A stretch of DNA of 64,000 bases from an uncultured Candidatus Rokubacteria bacterium (lineage in GTDB: Bacteria; Methylomirabilota; Methylomirabilia; Rokubacteriales; DASRDR01): contig CAWGVS010000005.1 in NCBI GenBank assembly GCA_963826115.1, positions 1,888,001 to 1,952,000 of the forward strand, read 5' to 3'. A model generated the notes under the pieces. The model made no database searches, had not been told where the DNA came from, and saw only the letters and a program-made list of their open reading frames with translations. Below, one piece after another: positions 57,847-64,000 of this stretch. A program made the translations under genes and the position numbers. Position 1 is the first letter of the stretch. Each line of letters begins with the position of its first letter.

Positions 57847-59076
57847 TCAGCGGAGGTCGGATCCGAGGCCGGCCAGGAACCACGCGGCGACGTGGTGGAG
57901 CTGGCAGAAGCTCCCCTCCCGGATTCGGTCGAGGATCACGTCGGGTCGGACGTACTCGACGGCGACCCCGGGCTCGGGCACGAACTCCGGAACGGGTCCC
58001 GAAGCCCCGACGCGGAAGATGTGCTCGGTGACCTCGAGACGCCCCACGTCGGGTCGGAGTCCGCCGACGTAGGTGACGCGCTCGGCGCGGAGACCGGTCT
58101 CCTCGAGGAGCTCGCGCCGGCACGCGGCTTCCGGCTCCTCGCCCCGATCGATCAGGCCCGAGGGCAGCTCCCACGTGTAGCGCTCGACGGCCGGGCGGAA
58201 CTGCCGGACGAGCGCGACCCGCCCGTCCGGCGTCCAGGCGACGGCCACCACCCAGTCGAACGGCCCGAACGCATGGTACGTGTCCGGAGGGCGGCCTGCT
58301 GCGAACTCGACGTCCTTCTCGATCAACGTGGTCCACGGGGAAAGCTCGTGCTCGCGCCGCGCCAGGATGCGGGCTCGCTCGCCCCACCAGCTCTCGAGGA
58401 ACCGAGCGGTCGGCTCCCTGCCGCGGGTCCGGGCGAGCTCCGATGCCGCGTGACCGTCGGCGGTCCGCGCCGAGGGGTCGGCGCCCCGGAGGAGGAGCCG
58501 CGTCACCAGGGGCAGCTCGCCCCGGCCCGCGGCGAGGTGGAGCGGCGTGAAGCCGCTGGCATCCCGGGAGTCCACCTCCGCCCCCGCGACGAGGAGCCGC
58601 TCGGCCAGGTCGACGTCGGCGATGCCCGCGAGGGCCGCGTGGAGCGGCGTGTTGTCGAGCGCGTTCCGGGACCGGGCGCGCGGATCGGCGCCACCGGCGA
58701 GCAGCAGAGCAGCGGCCGGGCCGTGGCCGAAATGGGCGGCGAGGTGAAGCGGCGTCCACCCGTCCCGGGCGTGCGAGGCGACCAACTCCGGCGCGCGGGC
58801 GAGCAGAGCCGCGAGCCGGGTGACGTCACCAGCCGCCGCCGCCTCGAAGACGTCGAGAACGGCGCCGCGGGCCCGGAGCAGGCCGAGGACGGCCGGCTGG
58901 CGGTGGTAGCAGGCGAGGAGTGCCGGCGAGGTCCCGCCCTCGACGCCCCGCACGAGCCCGGGATGGCCGTCCAGGAGGGCGGCCGCGCGGGCGACGTCGC
59001 CAGCGCGGATCGCGTCCACGAGAGCCTCACTTGGAGATCCGGACGGGGGCGAACTGCCGGGCGACGGAGTCGTCAC
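57847..59076 (-). CDS. Ankyrin-repeat plus Nudix hydrolase fusion protein
   Basis: GWTPLHLAA, NTPLHAA and GFTPLHLAA repeats, then RQFRP and Nudix box GLIDRGEEPEAACRRELLEETGL. Confidence 0.85.
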   Translation of the reverse strand: MTTPSPGSSPPSGSPSEALVDAIRAGDVARAAALLDGHPGLVRGVEGGTSPALLACYHRQPAVLGLLRARGAVLDVFEAAAAGDVTRLAALLARAPELVASHARDGWTPLHLAAHFGHGPAAALLLAGGADPRARSRNALDNTPLHAALAGIADVDLAERLLVAGAEVDSRDASGFTPLHLAAGRGELPLVTRLLLRGADPSARTADGHAASELARTRGREPTARFLESWWGERARILARREHELSPWTTLIEKDVEFAAGRPPDTYHAFGPFDWVVAVAWTPDGRVALVRQFRPAVERYTWELPSGLIDRGEEPEAACRRELLEETGLRAERVTYVGGLRPDVGRLEVTEHIFRVGASGPVPEFVPEPGVAVEYVRPDVILDRIREGSFCQLHHVAAWFLAGLGSDLR

Positions 59077-59085
59077 CGCGGCCGC

Positions 59086-59829
59086 TCAGACGCCGACGGA
59101 CATGCCGCCGTCGACGAAGAGCACCTGGCCGGTGATGTACGCGGCGTCCTCCGAGGCGAGGAAGGCGTGGACCGCGGCGATCTCGTCGGGGCGGGCGATG
59201 CGTCCGGTCGGCACGCGCGCGACGATCTTCTCGCGGATCGCCTCCGGGACGCTCGCCAGCATGCGCGTCATGACCGGCCCGGGCGCGACACAGTTCACGG
59301 TGATCCCGTACTTGGCGTACTCGAGAGCGAGCGTTCGGGTGAGGCCGATGACTCCCGCCTTCGAGGCGGCGTAGTTGGCCTGGCCGATGTTGCCGAGCGA
59401 CCCGATCGAGGACGTGTTGATGACGCGCCCCCAGCCCCGCTCCCGCATCCGGGCGAGGGCGGCCTGGGCGCAGAGGAACGTGCCCTTCAGGTTGACGGAC
59501 AGGACCTGGTCCCACTGCTCCTCGGTCATCTTGTGGCTCATCGCGTCGCGGTTGATCCCCGCGTTGTTGACGAGGACGTCCAGTCGGCCGAACTCCCCGA
59601 CGACGTGGTTCATCATGGCCTCGACCTCGGCGCGCTTCGTCACGTCCGCCCCGACGGCCAGGGCGCGCACGCCATCCCTCTGGAGATCGGTGACCACCGA
59701 CCGCGCCATCTCGACGTCGACGTCGTTCGCGACGACGATGGCGCCCTCACGCGCGAAGCGCCGGGCCGTCGCCTCGCCGATCCCGCTCCCCGCGCCCGTG
59801 ACCAGCGCCACCTTCCCTTCGAGCCGCAT
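59086..59829 (-). CDS. SDR oxidoreductase (FabG/3-hydroxyacyl-CoA dehydrogenase-like)
   Basis: TGAGSGIG, NNAGINRD, GQANYAASKAG, VDGG. Confidence 0.93.
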   Translation of the reverse strand: MRLEGKVALVTGAGSGIGEATARRFAREGAIVVANDVDVEMARSVVTDLQRDGVRALAVGADVTKRAEVEAMMNHVVGEFGRLDVLVNNAGINRDAMSHKMTEEQWDQVLSVNLKGTFLCAQAALARMRERGWGRVINTSSIGSLGNIGQANYAASKAGVIGLTRTLALEYAKYGITVNCVAPGPVMTRMLASVPEAIREKIVARVPTGRIARPDEIAAVHAFLASEDAAYITGQVLFVDGGMSVGV

Positions 59830-59849
59830 TCCCCCTCCGATGCCCTCGG

Positions 59850-60605
59850 TCAGTCGCCGGCGCGGGCGACCGCGACGAGCCGGGCCGCGTCGAGTCCGTA
59901 GGGGCTGCCGTCCAGCCCTCCATGAAGCGACACCGTCGCGAATCCGGCCTCGCGCAGCCGATCCCGGAGCTCCGACCCCGAGTACATCCTCAGGCGGAAC
60001 CGCGCCGCACGCACCCGATCGCCCTGAATCAGCAGCCACTCGTGTTCGATCGCCGTCCAGTCCTCCACGACCTGGCAGCGCTCGACCAGCACGGCCCCGC
60101 CGGCGAGCGTTCGCGATCGAGTCGGCTGGAAGATTCGCGCGAGATTCTCCTTGCCCATCAGGTCCATCACCAGGGCGCCGCCCGGTCGGAGGCTCTGGCG
60201 CACGTTGCGCAAGACCAGGAGGTCGTCCTCCGGCGCCGCGAAGAACCCGAATGACGTGAAGAGCGACAGCGCGAGGTCATAGGCAGCCGGCCGCCGGAAC
60301 TCACGCATGTCCGCCTGCACCCACTCGACGTCCACCGCGGCGAGACTCGCTCGCTCGCGCGCCCGGTCGAGGAGCTGAGCGGCACGGTCCACGCCGGTGA
60401 CCCGGAGCCCGCGCTGTGCGAGCGGAACGGCGTGCCGGCCCGGGCCGCAGCAGAGGTCGAGGGCCGCCTTCCCCGCGGGTGCCGCGATTCCCGCCAGCGC
60501 GAGCGCTTGCGCGGCCTCGTCCGCGCCCAGGCGGAGCCGCTCCTCGGCGAACAGGAACGGGTAGAAGTCGCTCCAGAGCGCTTCGTCCTCGAACCATTCG
60601 CCCAT
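59850..60605 (-). CDS. Class I SAM-dependent methyltransferase
   Basis: LDLCCGPGRH, ADMR, LFTSFGF, LRPGG. Confidence 0.9.
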   Translation of the reverse strand: MGEWFEDEALWSDFYPFLFAEERLRLGADEAAQALALAGIAAPAGKAALDLCCGPGRHAVPLAQRGLRVTGVDRAAQLLDRARERASLAAVDVEWVQADMREFRRPAAYDLALSLFTSFGFFAAPEDDLLVLRNVRQSLRPGGALVMDLMGKENLARIFQPTRSRTLAGGAVLVERCQVVEDWTAIEHEWLLIQGDRVRAARFRLRMYSGSELRDRLREAGFATVSLHGGLDGSPYGLDAARLVAVARAGD

Positions 60606-60663
60606 GGCGGTCCGTCGCGGCTGGCTCAGAAGGTCCCGGCCGGAATCGATCGGGCCACGGCGC

Positions 60664-61122
60664 TCAGCACCGCCGCGCCATGAGGGTGGTCCACTCCGCC
60701 TGGCACACCGTCTCCCCTCGCTGGTTCCGCACCGCCATGTCCATGACCAGCACGCCCCGGTCGGGCTTCGAGGATGCGCGCGTCTCCCGCACGGTCAAGA
60801 CCGTGTGGATCGTGTCGCCGAGCCGCACCGGCGCCGTCCACCGGATCTTGTCCATGCCGAGAAGTGCGAGCGTCGTCCCCTCGAAGATCCCCAGCTGGTT
60901 GGCCCCGCCGGTGGCCACCGCGAGGACGAGCATGCCGTGGGCGATCCGGCCCTTCATCGGGCTCTGCCGCGCCGATTCCTCGTCGGTGTGCAGCGGGTTG
61001 AAGTCCCCGGAGAGCCCGGCGAAGGAGTCGACGGCGCCCTCGGTGACGGTGCGGGCCGCGGTGGTAAAGGCCTCGCCCACCGTGAACTCCTCGAAGTGGC
61101 GGCCGCGCGGCGCGTAGGTCAT
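60664..61122 (-). CDS. MaoC-family (R)-specific enoyl-CoA hydratase
   Basis: FAGLSGDFNPLH, RIAHG, APVRLGDT. Start overlaps the ACAD stop. Confidence 0.92.
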   Translation of the reverse strand: MTYAPRGRHFEEFTVGEAFTTAARTVTEGAVDSFAGLSGDFNPLHTDEESARQSPMKGRIAHGMLVLAVATGGANQLGIFEGTTLALLGMDKIRWTAPVRLGDTIHTVLTVRETRASSKPDRGVLVMDMAVRNQRGETVCQAEWTTLMARRC

Positions 61123-62273
61123 CCGAAGCTCGGCGGGCGGTCGAGATCGCGCCCGATGATGACGCGCAGGATCTCGCTCGTGCCGCCGCCCCACAGAAGG
61201 AACCGCGCGTCCCGGAAATACCGTTCGATCGGATACTCGGTGGCGAACGAGTACGAAGCGAAGATCCGCGAGGCCTCGTCGCAGATCCGGTTCGCGGCCT
61301 CGGACGCGAAGAGCTTCGTCATCGCGGCCTCCCGCGTCACCGGCCGGCCCTGATCGATGGACCACGCGGCGTGGTAGACGAGCAGGCTCGCCGCGTGGAG
61401 CTGGGTCAGCATGTCGACGAGCCGGAAGGTCACCGCCTGGTGCTCGCCGATCGGCTTGCCGAAGGTCACGCGCTCCTTGGAATAGCGGAGGGCAGCCTCG
61501 TACGCCGCGCGGCCGAGACCGACCGACAGGGCTCCGGTCATCACGCGGATCTCGGACAGGATCCCGCCCACCTTCTCGACGCCCCCGGTCTCGCCGCCGA
61601 GGAGGTGCTCGTCCGGAACCCGCACGTCGTCGAGGATGATCTCTCCAGTGGCCGAGGCCCGCACGCCGAGCTTGTCGATCTTCTTCCCGAGCGTCACGCC
61701 GGGAAACTGCCGGTCGACGAGGAACAGCGCGATGTGCTTCATCCCGCGCTCGGGGGACGTCTTGGCGCACACCGTCAGCATGTCGGCGACCGGGGCGTTC
61801 GTGACCCACGTCTTGGTGCCCCGCAGCCGCCAGCCGCCCTCGACCCGCTCGGCGGTGGTCGCGAGGTTGCCGATGTCCGAGCCGGCGTTGGGCTCGGTGA
61901 GCGCGAACGTCGCGATCTTCTCGCCGCGGAGCGCCGGCGCGAGGTAGCGCTCGCGGAGCGCGTCGCTCCCGTACTTCCAGACGAAGTGCGTCCCCATGAG
62001 GCTCTGCATCGCCGCGAGCGCGGCGACCGACATCGATCCCCGGGCCAGCTCCTCGGCGAAGAGGCAGTAGGTCACGAAGTCGGCTTCGACCCCGCCGTAG
62101 GCCTCGGGGTAGCGGAGCGCGAGGTACCCCAGCTCGCCGAGGCGCCGGAAGAGCGCGCGCGGGAACTCGCCGGCCTCGTCGATCTCGCGCGCGACGGGCG
62201 CGACCTCGGCGTCGACGAAGCGAGCGACGGCCCGGCGGAACTCCTCCTGCTCCGGGCTCAGTCGGAAGTCCAT
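61119..62273 (-). CDS. Acyl-CoA dehydrogenase family protein lacking the canonical catalytic Glu
   Basis: FALTEPNAGSD, GTKTWVTN, KLGVRAS.T, FGKPI..HQ, ERYFRDA, LWGGGTSEI. Confidence 0.93.
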   Translation of the reverse strand: MDFRLSPEQEEFRRAVARFVDAEVAPVAREIDEAGEFPRALFRRLGELGYLALRYPEAYGGVEADFVTYCLFAEELARGSMSVAALAAMQSLMGTHFVWKYGSDALRERYLAPALRGEKIATFALTEPNAGSDIGNLATTAERVEGGWRLRGTKTWVTNAPVADMLTVCAKTSPERGMKHIALFLVDRQFPGVTLGKKIDKLGVRASATGEIILDDVRVPDEHLLGGETGGVEKVGGILSEIRVMTGALSVGLGRAAYEAALRYSKERVTFGKPIGEHQAVTFRLVDMLTQLHAASLLVYHAAWSIDQGRPVTREAAMTKLFASEAANRICDEASRIFASYSFATEYPIERYFRDARFLLWGGGTSEILRVIIGRDLDRPPSFG

Positions 62274-62301
62274 CTCGGGCTCCGCGGCCTCGACCGCCGC
62301 C

Positions 62302-63666
62302 TCAGACCTTGATCTTGGGGAGACCGGCGAGCGCCGCCTTCACCTGGGCTGCCGGATACTCGAAGTCCTCGAGTTTGCCCGCCATGTAGCGCTCGTAGGC
62401 GGAGAGGTCGAAGTGCCCGTGGCCGCAGAAGTTGAACGCGATGACCTTGCGGTCCCCCGAGGCCTTGCAGCGCAGCGCCTCGTCGATCACGACGCGAATG
62501 GCGTGGGCCGCCTCGGGCGCGGGCAGGAAGCCCTCGGCCCGGGCGAAGGTCAGCGCCGCCTCGAAGGTCGGATTCTGGTGGACGGCCACCGCCTCGATCA
62601 CCTTGTGGTCGTAGAGCACGCACACGAGCGGCGCCATGCCGTGGTAGCGGAGCCCGCCCGCGTGGATCGGCGCGGGGATGAACGAGTGGCCCAGCGTGTA
62701 CATCTTGACGAGCGGCGTCATCTGCCCGGTGTCACCGAAGTCGTAGACGTACTCGCCCTTGGTGAGGCTCGGGGCCGCGTGGGGCTCGACGGCGATGACG
62801 CGAAGGTCCTTCCGTTTCCCGCTCAGCTTGTCCTGGAGGAAGGGGAACGTGAACCCGCCGAAGTTCGAGCCGCCGCCGATGCAGCCGACGAGGATGTCCG
62901 GGCGATCGCCGGCCATCTCGAGCTGCCGCTGGGCCTCCAGGCCGATGACCGTCTGGTGCGTCAGGACGTGGTTCAGCACCGAGCCCAGCGCGTACTTCGT
63001 GTCCTCGCGCTGGGCTGCCTCCTCGACCGCCTCCGAGATGGCCATGCCAAGGCTTCCCGGCGAGTGCGGGTCCTTCGTGAGCGCCGCGCGGCCGGCCGCC
63101 GTCTCGCGAGACGGGCTGGCCACGACCTTGGCGCCCCACGCCTCCATCATGATGCGACGATACGGCTTCTGGTCGTAGGAGACCCGCACCATGTAGACCT
63201 TGCACTCGATCCCGAAGATCTGGCAGGCGAATGACAGCGCCGAGCCCCACTGCCCCGCACCCGTTTCCGTCGTGATGCGCCGGACGCCTTCCTGGTGGTT
63301 GTAATAGGCTTGGGCGACCGCGGTGTTCGGCTTGTGGCTCCCCGCGGGGGACACGCCCTCCCACTTGTAGTAGATGCGCGCGGGGGTCCCGAGCGCCTTC
63401 TCCAGGCGATGGGCCCGGTAGAGCGGCGTCGGCCGCCAGAGCCGGTAGACGTCGCGCACGGGCTCCGGGATGTCGATCCAGCGCTCCTGGCTGACCTCCT
63501 GCTTGATGATCTCCATCGGGAACAGGGGCGCCAGGTCCTGCGGGCCGATGGGCTGGAGCGTACCCGGGTGGATCACCGGCGGCAGCGGCGCGGGCAGGTC
63601 GGCCTGGATGTTGTACCAGCGGCTCGGCAGGTCCTTCTCGTCGAGCAGGAACTTGGTCTGTGGCAC
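62302..63666 (-). CDS. trpB2: Tryptophan synthase beta chain type 2 (TrpB2)
   Basis: [70 protein letters not shown] start 63666 with SD AGGAGG. Confidence 0.95.
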   Translation of the reverse strand: MPQTKFLLDEKDLPSRWYNIQADLPAPLPPVIHPGTLQPIGPQDLAPLFPMEIIKQEVSQERWIDIPEPVRDVYRLWRPTPLYRAHRLEKALGTPARIYYKWEGVSPAGSHKPNTAVAQAYYNHQEGVRRITTETGAGQWGSALSFACQIFGIECKVYMVRVSYDQKPYRRIMMEAWGAKVVASPSRETAAGRAALTKDPHSPGSLGMAISEAVEEAAQREDTKYALGSVLNHVLTHQTVIGLEAQRQLEMAGDRPDILVGCIGGGSNFGGFTFPFLQDKLSGKRKDLRVIAVEPHAAPSLTKGEYVYDFGDTGQMTPLVKMYTLGHSFIPAPIHAGGLRYHGMAPLVCVLYDHKVIEAVAVHQNPTFEAALTFARAEGFLPAPEAAHAIRVVIDEALRCKASGDRKVIAFNFCGHGHFDLSAYERYMAGKLEDFEYPAAQVKAALAGLPKIKV

Positions 63667-63677
63667 GGGAACCTCCT

Positions 63678-63998
63678 TCAGCGTTCGAAGGACCGTGACG
63701 GAGCCGGCAGTCCGGCGCGCGCGAGCGCCGTCGCGTACGCGCGCCGTCCAGCCTCGTCGGCGAACAGCTCGTCGGGAATCCGGTGGTCGGTGAACTGCCA
63801 GAGTCGCTCGGGATAGCGCCGGTCGACGGCGAGCCCGGCGCCAAGGCACCCGAGCGGCCGTCGGCGCTCGCGCTCCACCTCGGCCGCCAACGCGTCAAGC
63901 GGCCCGCCGAGCGCGGCGAGCGGGACGCCGAGCCCCAGCACCCGGTACGGCAGGAGGAAGCGCGTCGACTTCGGGGGCAGGAGCGGGCCGTCCGCCCG
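63678..63998 (-). CDS. C-terminal part of a putative SbnI/SerK-like (ParB-fold) serine kinase, 5' end outside window
   Basis: Open frame to the window edge: ...[27 protein letters not shown]...[10 protein letters not shown]... Stops 11 nt before trpB2. Confidence 0.55.
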   Translation of the reverse strand, partial: RADGPLLPPKSTRFLLPYRVLGLGVPLAALGGPLDALAAEVERERRRPLGCLGAGLAVDRRYPERLWQFTDHRIPDELFADEAGRRAYATALARAGLPAPSRSFER

Positions 63999-64000
63999 CC

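Overview
Very GC-rich bacterial chromosomal window, mostly coding on the minus strand. GC content and gene style are compatible with Candidatus Rokubacteria/Methylomirabilota, but that is inference only. It opens with a ribosomal block (rplM-rpsI, terminator, argJ, S2 leader, partial rpsB) and housekeeping genes. Next is a NitT/TauT ABC operon split by a 2.4 kb decayed insertion carrying an XRE regulator, a ParB-like protein and a permease pseudogene. From about 15 kb to 62 kb there is a dispersed CoA-dependent catabolic gene set interleaved with unrelated genes. It comprises a PaaK-like ligase, an ADP-forming acyl-CoA ligase, Liv and Dpp ABC systems, GntR, a three-subunit xanthine-dehydrogenase-family molybdoenzyme, a CaiB CoA-transferase, a split B12 acyl-CoA mutase with a remodelled active site, DUF35 plus thiolase, an SDR, MaoC and an acyl-CoA dehydrogenase lacking the usual catalytic Glu. 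This inventory closely parallels the iaa pathway for anaerobic indole-3-acetate (auxin) degradation, except that no hydantoinase is in the window. Directly upstream are trpB2 and a truncated gene whose C-terminus resembles SbnI/SerK free-serine kinases, suggesting an O-phosphoserine-fed indole salvage module. Two genes carry single-base frameshifts, which may be sequencing errors. No rRNA, tRNA, CRISPR array, transposase or integrase was seen. All family calls come from reading motifs by eye; no searches were run.
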